Below, in pieces: positions 36,892-47,949 of a stretch of 64,000 nt of DNA. Under the pieces are notes generated by a model. It did no database searches and had not been told where the DNA came from. It saw only the letters and a list, made by a program, of their open reading frames with translations. The stretch's first letter is position 1, and each line of letters opens with the position of its first letter. The position numbers and the translations under genes were made by a program. This DNA comes from Vicugna vicugna (taxonomy: Eukaryota), in contig MU057776.1 of NCBI GenBank assembly GCA_013265495.1, forward strand, positions 124,001 through 188,000, written 5' to 3'.

Positions 36892-37056
36892 CTAAATATA
36901 CACTCTGAAACTGAACCATAAGCGAGTGGAGAGAAAAACGATGACTCCAATGGTCCCGAGGATGCTCAGCATCAGGGCCCAGACGTTCAGGCACTTGGCA
37001 GTGGCGGCATGGCTCTGGGCCCCAAAGACGTCGCCCACCATCTTCCGGTCCCTGGA
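36892..37056 (-). CDS. Divergent IFITM paralogue D, exon 2 (114 aa total; tail probably frameshifted; possible pseudogene)
   Basis: [54 protein letters not shown]. The ancestral-looking end ...QQGGHH* (stop at 36863) is in another frame. Confidence 0.8.
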   Translation of the reverse strand, partial: SRDRKMVGDVFGAQSHAATAKCLNVWALMLSILGTIGVIVFLSTRLWFSFRVYI

Positions 37057-37544
37057 CTGGGGGAGGAGAGATGGTGAGGGGGACCTGGGGCCGGGCCGGG
37101 TGAAGGCCAGGTGCCAAGACTCAGGTCCTCCCTGCTGGTCCCCCGGTGTCCATTCACCCATTGGCGACCCACCCCTGCCCGTCCCCCCACAGCCTGAGCA
37201 CGACCGTGCCCGGCGGGCCCTCCCTCCCCTCCTGGGGCCTGGATCTCCCTCCTCACAGACTCTCAGCCTGTCCAGGAGACCCCAGGGCTCACCCTCCCTC
37301 TGCTCTGGCCCCTTCCCTGGCCAATCACCCCACCAGGGGTCAGCATACTTATAGTCAGTGCCTGTTCTCTCTCCTAGACCAGACTGGAGGTCTGAGTCTG
37401 AACCATGAGGGTGTGGCTTCTCTAATTAGTCTGAGAAGGAGAACTTCGCGGGTGGTGGAGACAGAGCACCTACGCCCCGACCCCCGCTCTCCTGCTGGGC
37501 ATACCTGCAGCCCCATCGTGACCGCTCACTGGGAATGATACCCC

Positions 37545-37636
37545 AAGACACACCCCCACACACACACACACACACACGCACCCACACACACCCACACACG
37601 CTGACACACACACACACACACACGCGGACACACACA
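37545..37636 (+). repeat. Imperfect (CA)n microsatellite in the D intron
   Basis: Seen directly; shorter versions occur in the A, B and C introns. Confidence 0.9.
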
Positions 37637-37713
37637 AGGCCTCCCACAGCCCACGTGCCGTCTGGGCAGGGGCCTCTCCGGGCTCACGCTCTTTCCCCCA
37701 GGCACCCTCCTAC

Positions 37714-37893
37714 CTTCACGGAGTAGGCAAATGCCGCGAAGCCCAGGCAGAACCAGTTCATGAAGAGGGTGTTGAACAGGGACCAGATGACGTAGTCTCG
37801 TCCAGGGGTCTCCGTCTGCATGCTGATCACGGTGCTCGTCATGGGGGCTGAGCCTTGGGGCGCCCCCATCTCGACCTCCTTCTCCGTGTACAT
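37714..37893 (-). CDS. Divergent IFITM paralogue D, exon 1 (60 codons)
   Basis: [65 protein letters not shown] donor; 657-nt intron. Confidence 0.88.
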
Positions 37894-38048
37894 GTCTTAG
37901 GGTTGTGGGATGCAGGCTTGGGCGCCAGTGAAGGAGGGCTGGAAAGTGCACTTATAATGCCGAGCCCTGACCATTGTTGGGGTATCCCCGGATGCTGTAG
38001 GGCGGTCCCTCGTAGAGCTCAGCCCCCATCTCAGTCGGAAGTTCTGCT

Positions 38049-38057
38049 TTCTCAGAA
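38049..38057. promoter_or_regulatory. GAS (STAT) motif TTCTCAGAA in the D promoter
   Basis: Fits TTCN3GAA, at the position homologous to the ISRE pair of gene A. Confidence 0.5.
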
Positions 38058-38175
38058 ATTTCCAGTTCCTGTTATTTTGTAAATGGGTGAATTGGCTGTC
38101 CACTCAGGATGGGTGGGGGAGTGCTGCAGTCTAAGCGATGGCTTCCTGTCCCAGGCATTCGAGTCAGGGCCTGTT

Positions 38176-39787
38176 TAGGGGTGTGGTCAGGGCCTGGGGG
38201 CTCCTCCCCAGCCTGGGGGTCTGGGGACCCAAGCCTGCTGCAGGCCCTCCCTGCCCCCACGCAGGGCCCTGCCAGCCCCTCACAGCCCCCACACCCCAGC
38301 CCCCAGAGGGAGCCGCGCCCCGGAGCCCGCACCGCAGCTGCACACCCTCCCCTTGACGCGCACTGTGCCGTCCCGGTTCTGAGTCCGAGCTCCAGGCGGG
38401 CTTGGGGGCCTGCCTGGCTGCAGGCGGGCACCCAGAAGCCCGTGTTGCCTGCCCCGGGGGAGCCTCCCATGATCTCCCAAGGGCTCCCACGAGCAGGACA
38501 CTGGGAGCTGCTGACCCGAGGAGGCAGCCGTGCTGGGAGCCCTTTGGCAGCAGCTTCGGGGCCCAGGGCCTGCGTGCTTGTGCGGCCCACCTCCGCTGCC
38601 TCCCTCCTTCCCGCCACCCCTGGCATTTCACGCAGGAACTGGGTGTTGGTGGGACAGCTCCTTGGCTGTGGGCCCTATGCCCCCTTCTCAGGGATGGACG
38701 GGGTCAGCTCAGCTCAGGCCAGGACTCAGCTCTCNNNNNNNNNNNNNNNNNNNNNNNNNNNNNNNNNNNNNNNNNNNNNNNNNNNNNNNNNNNNNNNNNN
38801 NNNNNNNNNNNNNNNNNNNNNNNNNNNNNNNNNNNNNNNNNNNNNNNNNNNNNNNNNNNNNNNNNNNNNNNNNNNNNNNNNNNNNNNNNNNNNNNNNNNN
38901 NNNNNNNNNNNNNNNNNNNNNNNNNNNNNNNNNNNNNNNNNNNNNNNNNNNNNNNNNNNNNNNNNNNNNNNNNNNNNNNNNNNNNNNNNNNNNNNNNNNN
39001 NNNNNNNNNNNNNNNNNNNNNNNNNNNNNNNNNNNNNNNNNNNNNNNNNNNNNNNNNNNNNNNNNNNNNNNNNNNNNNNNNNNNNNNNNNNNNNNNNNNN
39101 NNNNNNNNNNNNNNNNNNNNNNNNNNNNNNNNNNNNNNNNNNNNNNNNNNNNNNNNNNNNNNNNNNNNNNNNNNNNNNNNNNNNNNNNNNNNNNNNNNNN
39201 NNNNNNNNNNNNNNNNNNNNNNNNNNNNNNNNNNNNNNNNNNNNNNNNNNNNNNNNNNNNNNNNNNNNNNNNNNNNNNNNNNNNNNNNNNNNNNNNNNNN
39301 NNNNNNNNNNNNNNNNNNNNNNNNNNNNNNNNNNNNNNNNNNNNNNNNNNNNNNNNNNNNNNNNNNNNNNNNNNNNNNCCTGGGGGCTCCTCCCCAGCCT
39401 GGGGGTCTGGGGACCCAAGCCTGCTGCAGGCCCTCCCTGCCCCCACGCAGGGCCCTGCCAGCCCCTCACAGCCCCCACACCCCAGCCCCCAGAGGGAGCA
39501 GCGCCCCGGAGCCCGCACCGCAGCTGCACACCCTCCCCTTGACGCGCACTGTGCCGTCCCGGTTCTGAGTCCGAGCTCCAGGCGGGCTTGGGGGCCTGCC
39601 TGGCTGCAGGCGGGCACCCAGAAGCCCGTGTTGCCTGCCCCGGGGGAGCCTCCCATGATCTCCCAAGGGCTCCCACGAGCAGGACACTGGGAGCTGCTGA
39701 CCCGAGGAGGCAGCCGTGGTGGGAGCCCTTTGGCAGCAGCTTCGGGGCCCAGGGCCTGCGTGCTTGTGCGGCCCCACCTCCGCTGCT
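38176..39787 (+). repeat. Two copies of the C upstream module flanking N gap 38735-39378
   Basis: 38176-38734 matches 32661-33217; 39379-39787 matches 38193-38598. Confidence 0.9.
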
Positions 39788-40769
39788 CCCCACTCCCCAG
39801 GCATCTCACATAAGGGCCGTGGAGCTTGAGGGCGAGGATGGAAGGGCCTGGAGGGCGCCACACCCAGAGAGGCCTCCGGAAGGGGCAGTGCGTACCGCTG
39901 GCCAGAGCCTCTCCGGATTGCGGGCTTTCCTCTTCCTGCCTCTGCCCACCCCCACGGAAGGATGGGGACATCAGAGCAGAGAGAGGTGTGTGTCTTGTGT
40001 CGGGTTGTTCCTGTGACTCAGGGGCAATGCCCACTGTGCTGTTTCCCCTTAACAGCTAAGTGATGCACCTTGCAGGCCTGGCCCCGCCCCCACCCCTTCT
40101 GCAACCCCCTTTCCTGTCTGCCTCTCTCCCAGCCCTCTGGCTTGGCTCTCTGAGAGCCCCTTCCAGGTCAGGCGCAGCCTCTCTCCCGGAGCACCAGCAC
40201 CGCCGCGCCCAACCCACCGAGGTCATGACTCCCTGGCTTTGCTGTGTGCGTTCCGGCTTTTCTCGTTCCCACGCGTGTTTCCCCATCCACGTGTGGGTTA
40301 GACTGAGCAGAACGGAGCGTAGGTTAAACCTGGGCACTATGGTTTAATCTTGCCCGTTTGAACTTATGTCAATGAGACGACGCTGCTTTCATCGGTGCCT
40401 GTCGTCCATCACTCGGCACAACACGCCCAGGCTCGCACAGGCTGCAGCTGCGGTCACTTGTCCTGATTTGTGCTGCGTTCTATGATGTTGCCACGGCTCG
40501 TCTGCCGTGCTGTCGATGCCCAGGGACGAAGCTGCCGTGAGCGTCCGTGTGTGCCGGGGGGTGGGGGGGTCCCTGCACATGAATTTGCTTTTCAGTTGGA
40601 TGTGTGCCTCCCACTTCAGCGGGCCAGACCGGACTTTTCCACAGGGGTTGTCACAGTGCATCCTCCCACAGCAGGCTTGAGCGTCCCCCTGACTCCGAGG
40701 GTAGCCGCTCTGTGGGGAGTGTGATGCCGTCTCTTTGCAGCTTCCTTTGGTATGGTGAATTAGGTTGTG

Positions 40770-41085
40770 GCAATTATCTGTTGCCACAATGAGGTTGCAC
40801 AATGAGCAACCACAAAACCTCAGTGGTATTTATCAAGAAGCACCTGCTTTTGCCCAAGACTCCGGGAGCCTCAGTGGACCTGGACCAGCCTCGATGGCCA
40901 GGCTCACCATCGCCCACTGTCAGCTGCAGGTTGAGGGGACAGTTCCAGCTCTCCATGGGCTTGCTCATCCTCCAGGGTGTTTGGCTGGGTTGGTTCTAAG
41001 AGCCACGGCAGGGTCCCCGCGAGAGCAGGGGTGTGGGGCTGGCGGGCTCTTGGAACTGGCCATGTCTCTTTCACCACATTCATTA
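40770..41085. mobile_element. MLT1/MaLR-like LTR
   Basis: 'tatctgttgccacaat...caaccacaaaacctcagtgg...' is typical of MLT1. Confidence 0.6.
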
Positions 41086-41199
41086 CCTGGACAAGCGTGG
41101 AAGGTGTTTGCAAAACTGACCCCAGATCTTTGTTGAGGGGGGCCACTTCTGCAATCAACCTTTTGGAGAAGTGTGGCCCCTTTCCTTATGTTTGCGCCA

Positions 41200-43050
41200 C
41201 AGAAATACCCAGTGTTTGCCCGTAAGCTTTGCATCCAGCAAGCTCGCCAGACACTCTTACTGACTCTAACAGTATCTCCACTCTGTCTGATGCTGATTAT
41301 TGTGTGATTTCATCTGACAGCGTGACTATTCCAACAGTCCTGTCCCCTTATTTCAGCGGTTACCTTGTGGAGCATGAAGCACCTCTGTGGCGGTTGCACC
41401 ATATGAGACCCTCGGGCGCTCTCACCTGCTCGACAGCCACGGGCCTTGGAGCTGCTCCCCACCCCTCCGTCCTGTCCGATCCTCCATCCGGATCACTTTC
41501 CTTCCGCACGAAGACGCCCTTAGTGGGGCCTTGCTGGTGGCCAAGGCCCCTCGATTTTTGCTTCCCTAAAAATACTTTATTCCACCTCGTTCTTGAAGAG
41601 TACTTTCACGTGGGGAAGACACCGCCGCACTGCCCTCTGCTTCTGCTGCCACTGCGACGTCAGCTGCCAGGTCACCTCCACTCTCCTCAGGAACCCTGTG
41701 CTTGTGTCAGGCCGCTGTGACTTCGTGTTCACCGGCCGGTCTCCGCGGTTTCACTGCCACGTGTGGAGCTGGGGGTTCATTTTCACTTATTCTGGAGGAG
41801 ACCCCCTCAGGTCGTCCACGTCCGTGGGTTGGTGTCTCCCAGCAGTTCGGGGGAGTGCTCGTTGTCTTCAAATCTTGCTTCTCCTCTACCCTCCACTCTG
41901 CTCCACTCCTTCTGGAACGCAAATCAGACGCTGGAGCAGCTTTCACTCTGCCTGCGGTGTCTCACATGCTTGTCTGCAGCTTCCTCCCGTCTTCTCGGCG
42001 TGAGGCCGTTGAGCCAGCGGCCCTGGGTTCCGGGTCTGGGACGGCGTCTGCCCTGGGGAGGCCCCGATGCTCCGACGAGCCCCTGGACTCCCTTGTCCAG
42101 CTTCAGAGACTGAGGTTTCTCCGTGTTTCCAGATGCTTCACTAAGCTGTGTCTCCTCCCGCATCTCTGCCTTGACCTCACATGACAGTCCTCCTGTGGGG
42201 TCTGACGAAGTCGTGCTTTCCCTGTTTGCTGTCTGCGTTCTTCTGTCTGTTCTCGTTTTTGTTGATGTTCATGGGGTGAACCTTGTTTCCACTTGTAACC
42301 GTTAGAAGAAGTCGCATTTGTTCATGTTCTCACCAAACACGCACTAAGCACCGCCTCGCCGAGAGCCGTCTTGGCGGTGGGCATGCACGCCCTGCACCTT
42401 CGCTCTCAGGTGCCCCTCCCCTGTCCTCCCGTCACGCTGGCGCCACCCAGTTTTAAGTGGAGTTTGTGTGGCCTGGGTGCCTTCCTCTCGCCCTTTGTCC
42501 CAGCCTCTCGGTTGGTGGCGGTTTGTTCCCAAAGCAGGAACAGACTCTGCAAAGGCATTCGGGTCCCTCACTTCCTCCATGGCCCCCGGACTTTCATGAG
42601 TTTGTTTTTGTTTTCTTCAGTGGCTCCTCCAAGAATGTTCTCTCTGTAGGTGTTTGGGAGGGGCCCATTTTGAGGCTTTATGGAGCTATCTTTATTATAC
42701 TCTTACATTTGCATGACAATTTGGCTGGATGTTAAAGTCCAGATTTTTTCCTTTCAACTCCTTCAAATATCACCCTGTATCTTCTTATACGATCTGCTCA
42801 GAAATCTGGTATCAGTGTGATTCTTGCTCCCCTGCAGGTGGTCTGCTCTTCCTCTCTGCAGCTTCGTCTTTCTGGAAACTTTTCTCTGATACTCACAAGT
42901 TTCACTTCAGCGCGTCTAAGTGTGGGTTATTTCTTCTTTTGCTCCTTGTGGTCTTTCAGCCTGAAGCTCTTCATCCTTCTTAGATTCTGGGGAGTTTAAC
43001 TTCGTTGTTTCTTCAAGTATTTCTTCCTCTGCACTTCAGTCCTCCTTCTG
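41200..43050 (-). mobile_element. Highly decayed L1M ORF1-region fragments
   Basis: Motifs such as 'aaaaatactttattccacctcgttcttgaaga' and 'atttgcatgacaatttggctggatgttaaa'. Confidence 0.5.
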
Positions 43051-43224
43051 TTTCAGTACACGAGGCACTTCTGCTTCTTTTCCGGACGCCTCTCGGTCCC
43101 ACTGGCATCCCCACTCTTGCGTCTCCCACTTACGTCCCAGGACAGCGACTGACCCTCCACACACTCACCTGCCCTTGGAGGGTCCCGCCCACTTGTAATT
43201 CTGGTCACAGGAAGGCTGGTAAAA

Positions 43225-43420
43225 GCCAGGCCTCCAGGCACTGTTCTAAACGCTTCACTTGTGTTAACAGACTTAAGCCTCTAACCTGATCAGATAAGTG
43301 CTCTTATTGCCCCCATTTTAGAAGAGAAGAAACGGAGGCCCAGAGACGGATGTCGCCCAGCTGGACAGCACGGGACTTTGGCACCGAGGCAGGCTGGCTC
43401 TAGGCTTCAGCCATGATGCC
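43225..43420 (-). mobile_element. MIR SINE
   Basis: 'ccaggcactgttctaaacgctt...cccattttagaagagaagaaacggaggcccagaga' is the MIR core. Confidence 0.8.
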
Positions 43421-44399
43421 GCCTTGCTTCTCCCACCTCTTGCATTACTCATTTCAACAAGCCTAACATTGGCTTCTTTTTCTAGCTTTGTGCTTTGCAG
43501 CAATTTAAGACACGTGGAGAACTCACGGGAGTATAACGCCCTCTGTGCTTCCTCACCCGTCTCCTCCACCCACAGCGTCTTACCCGCAGGGCCGTGATCA
43601 AAACCAGGGAACCAGCACTGGCGCAAGGCCGTCAGCTAGACTGAAGGCCCGTCAGATTCCACCAGCCTCGTCACGTGTGTCCTTCTGTCCCAGGCCCCGC
43701 GCTGCGCCCAGGCATCTGCGCCAGCCCCCTCCGGCCTGCGGGTCCTCGGTCTCTCCCAGACCTCCACGAGTGTAATGCCTCTGAAGAGCACCATCCGCCA
43801 GTTGTTCTGTAGAATATTCTTCAGTTTGTGTTTCTGTGGGGCTTCTTGTGTTTGGAATGAGGTGCTGAGAGCAAAAATTCAACTGAGTAAATCTGAAGAT
43901 CTAACCGGCTTTACTGAGCGATCCACGAATCAGGCAGCTCCCATCCGGCGACAGAGGAGGCTCCTCCTCGTATCTGCCTGAAAGGCAGGCAGGGCACAGA
44001 GAAAGGAAATTACCAGCAAAGGGTGCGCTGTTTCAGGCAAGGCCCCCTCCTGAGGGGACGGAAGGGGTCGTCAGCAGGCTTCCTCCTAGCGCTGCCGGGG
44101 ACTCCAGGCTGACTGGTTACCGCTGCTCTCCTGGGAAGGCTGGGACCGCGGTCAGGTTAGGCACTGAGTCTTGGTTTGCCCGTGGGAGCTGAGCACCCAG
44201 GACTCCATTTGGGGCCGGCTGTCTCCCCTCAGCAAGCTCCCTTCTGACGGCTCAGCTTGCCTGGGAGACGTGACCAAAGTTAGGGCATCAGCACGGGTCC
44301 CGGCTACCGCTCTGAAATTTGTGTGTTTTTGTGGCTCCTGCGTGTGGGATTCACAGGTCACGACCGCAGAGGCACAATGTTTAAGTCGATGGTCCTCTC

Positions 44400-44800
44400 T
44401 GTCCCTCTTCTGACGTCCCAGTCTTAGGACGGTCGCTTGCTTGGTGGTTAGCTGCTGCGAGTGCATATTCAAAGCCTTTGAGAGGACACAGCGGGTCAGG
44501 GACATCACCATGATCATTAGAAGCAGGATTACTTCCAGTGTCTGGAGGGCACTTTGGAGCCATGGTCCCCGAGACACAAACCGACCAGAATCACGGAAAT
44601 CAAAGTCTCATGGAAGGAGCCACCTCTTCAAGCCGTGCGGCTTGCCCGGGATCTTATGTAGCTGAGTGTCAATCCCCAGAGTGAGTCTGAGCGGCAGGAG
44701 ATGAGGGCCACGCGCCGCGCTCCCGGCTCAGCCAGAAGATGATCGAGACTGCCCGCCTTCAGGAGCAGCGCTGCCAGGAGTCCAGGGTGCTGGTCGGGCA
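44400..44800 (-). pseudogene. ERV env TM-subunit remnant
   Basis: LDHLLAEPG (decayed immunosuppressive domain, 44720-44747), then GPWLQSALQTLEVILLLMIMVMSLTRCVLSK (membrane anchor). Confidence 0.75.
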
Positions 44801-45499
44801 GCTGTTGTCCTAGCAGGCCTGGTCCTGCGGGAGGAAAGGGTCCTGAGCCACAGTGGCCTCCGGGTGGGCCTCCCTAGCTCTGCGCTAAATCCGGGCTCGA
44901 CCAGCGAGGGGTCTTTATCTGTGGAAAGTTAAGTTAGATGAGCTCAGAGGCACTGTGCCAGCCATCTAGAGCTGTATCCGCCCAAGACGGCCGAGAGCCG
45001 CACAGGCAGGGAGAAGCCCGGCCATTCCCTCTCCCGCGGCGCGGCTCATGGATTTGTTCACAGAGGGTGCCGGCTGCATTTACAGTTTAAGCCGGGGCTC
45101 AGCCAGATGTTTAGCGCATTTGGCAAGAAATCTCCTTGCCTGAAACACAGAGTTGTTCGAAATACCCTGCGAGGTTCGGCTGTTGTGAGCTCTCTCGGTT
45201 GGTGGGTGCAGCTCTGATCTAGACAATCTTTAGAACGTGGGGTGCAGACGTACTGACGTTCATTTGGGTGTTTGTGCTATCACTTGAGAAAGGTCAAAAA
45301 CAAGGCACAGGCTGTCTGGCCAAAGTGTGACAGAGGAGAGCAAGCCCGCCCCCGAGCGGGTCTGTCCCTGCGGCTCCCCCGTTACCACCATGCAGTCGTG
45401 CTGGCTCCGCAGCGTCTGGAGGAGCGCTCCCAGAGCCTGGAGGGCACACGGCACCCTTTCTCAAGGCTCTGCCTCCCAGGCTTGCCCTTTAACGGAATA

Positions 45500-47945
45500 G
45501 CACTTTTTTAAAAATCAACTAATTAATTAAAAATAATAACTAAGTAAAAGGCATACCAATTTTTCATTCATATAGACAGAAAAAGTTGCAGAGCAGAGAG
45601 TGACACTGGCCTTGCTAGAGGTTTGCAGGAACATCGTGACCAGACCCACGCATTCAGGGCAACACCAAGAGGTCGGCAGCAACCAGCCACAGCCCTCCCC
45701 TTATAGGGCAAAAGCAGCCTGAATTCAGTGCCCAGACGGCTCTCTGGGCACTGGCCCGCCATCTCCTCCGCTGCTGGCTCTTCGAATAAAGTCGCTGTTG
45801 CTTGTCCCCACGCCTTGTCGCTTGACTCACTGGTCTGCCGTGGGGCGAGCAGAACGAGCTTGGGCTTGGGAATAGAGCTGGACTCAGCAAGAGATTTCTA
45901 GGGGAGTCGGTTGTACTTTGTGGTGACATTTGGAATAGAAGAGACATTGGCCTTGGGGAGGCCCAGGGACGGATCAGAATCTTTGATGACAGATCCGGCA
46001 GTCTGAAAGGTTACCCTCTTAACAAAGCCTGAAGATACAGATGAGGGTGACATGTGTTACCCACCACGACCGGCCAGTGAGTCACCAATGAGAGACAAGG
46101 TATTGAGGAAGGAATAGCAACTATTCGGAAAGCCAGCAAACCGAGAAGATGGTGGACTAGTGTCCCAAAGAACCACCTTAACTTGGGGTGGACATCAGGC
46201 TTCTTCGATGGTGAGGGAAGGGGAAGTGGGCGGGGGTGAGGTCGGGAGATGGAAGGGCCGTGGGCTGCGGGAGGTCACAGGAGCTTTGTCCTTGGCCAGT
46301 GGACTCTGGTTGATGTTCATCTGGCGGGGACGTCCCTGCTCTGCTTCATAAGACAAATGTTAATGTTTCTTGTTCATATTCTCTTGTCACCGTGGGGGAG
46401 TTTCCAGGAAAGGGGCTCTCACATACACTGCAGGCAAAGCTCCTTGGTGACTAACTTGTGTGCATGCAGGGCAGAGATGGATACAAGACGGAGTCAGAGA
46501 CGCCGAGACTACTGGCGTGGGGGGACACACGAGGCGGGGGGAGGCTCACCTCCTGAACGACGACTCGGCCACACCCGCCTGGCTGTCACAGGCACCCCTG
46601 GAGGAGGGACTAGGGCTGTGTCGTTGCTGAACTCCTGTCATTCCTGAACTCCTGTCATTCCTTTTCTTGTCTGACTGCTGTTCCTTGTTTCTGCCTTCCC
46701 GCATCTCCCTAATCAGTGACCCTGTGGTCCGCTCCCTGGAGCTCAGGGAGTTCTGGGAGACTGAAGCCTTTCTCTACAATAAGCAGCAGGGGACACGGTG
46801 GGGCTTCGTACGGGGGGGCCTGCACGGCCCTGCCTGGCTTCAGGCCCGTGCCCTGGCTTCCCCTCGGTCCCGAGGGAACCGGGAGGAGCAGGAAGGGAAC
46901 GAAGCTTTGGTGGAGAGGGCAGCCATTCATCGGCAGGGGAATCAGCTTCAGGGGGACTCAGATTCAATGCCAGCGTGAGGGAGAGAATGAGAAGAAAGAG
47001 TTTCACGTTTCAGGTACAGTGTGAAGTCCTGACTTGCCAGTTTGCTCCGAGGCCCCGCGTCTGCACAGGACCAGCTGTCAGGTGGGGCCTTCTTTGGCGG
47101 TGAGATGTGCGTGCCAGGCTCAAGCCTCGGGCTCTGCCGCAGTGTTGGCGGGCACCAGCACTTAGTAAGTCCCCTTCCAATGACATCAAGGGCTGTCTTC
47201 CTCTGGTGAAGCTTCCAGAAGGCCCAGCCACCAGGCTCCAGACTGAGCATCGGATCCTTTGAACTGGGGCTGGGAGCGCTCCCTTGACCTGTTGGCGGTG
47301 AACTTGACTGTCAGCCACCAGAGACTGCCAGCAGCTGTCAGACTAGGGAACGGAGCAGGACCCAGTGGGGCGGTCCTGGAAATCCTTTCCAATTCCCTGT
47401 TTTGTGTTTACTGGAAGTTGGCTTCATTCAGCCTCCATGACCTCCCCTGAGTTCCAAAGGGCAGATTCAGTCAGTTGTTAATCAGGGGAGGGAGGGAGTG
47501 CAGAGACAAGGGGGGAAGAGTCAAGACACAACAGTGCAGCCCTGGGCAGAGCCCTGCTTCCTCCTCAAGGAACATGCAGAGCAACACCTTTGAGTTCTTC
47601 TGCAGGAACCAAAGGTTAGGGTTAGGCTTAACGCAGGTGGAGGACAGTAACTGCAGGCTGAGCGCGAGATACTTGGAGCCCCGCCCTGCTCCCTCCCCCC
47701 GCAGCCAGAAGGAAGTCTGCACATAGTGGGCAATAATGGAGACTCCGCTCCCTCTCCCCACATGACTCTCCCTTTAGACCGTTTCGTGGTCAAGCAGACT
47801 CTTTGGAATTGGCTTTTGGGCACAAGCCCACCCTCTCCCTGGGTTGTGGGTCTCCTGAATAAGGCAACCTTTCCCTTCCAACCAACACTTGTCTCCCCAG
47901 TATTGGCTTTCGAGCAGCCAGCAGCTGAACCTGAGCTCGGTAACC
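45500..47945. mobile_element. Three LTRs nested in the provirus (~45500-45875 +, ~46055-46840 -, ~47385-47945 +)
   Basis: AATAAA and LTR-end motifs; similarity to other solo LTRs in the window. Confidence 0.65.
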
Positions 47946-47949
47946 CGAG

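Noticed and set aside
38109..40034. Long ORFs of 355-477 aa
   Set aside because: They span the second N gap; the flanks are GC-rich non-coding promoter copies.
44152..44577. Captured syncytin-like env gene
   Set aside because: Only the anchor region is open; the ISD and CX6CC motif are mutated and SU is broken by nested LTRs.
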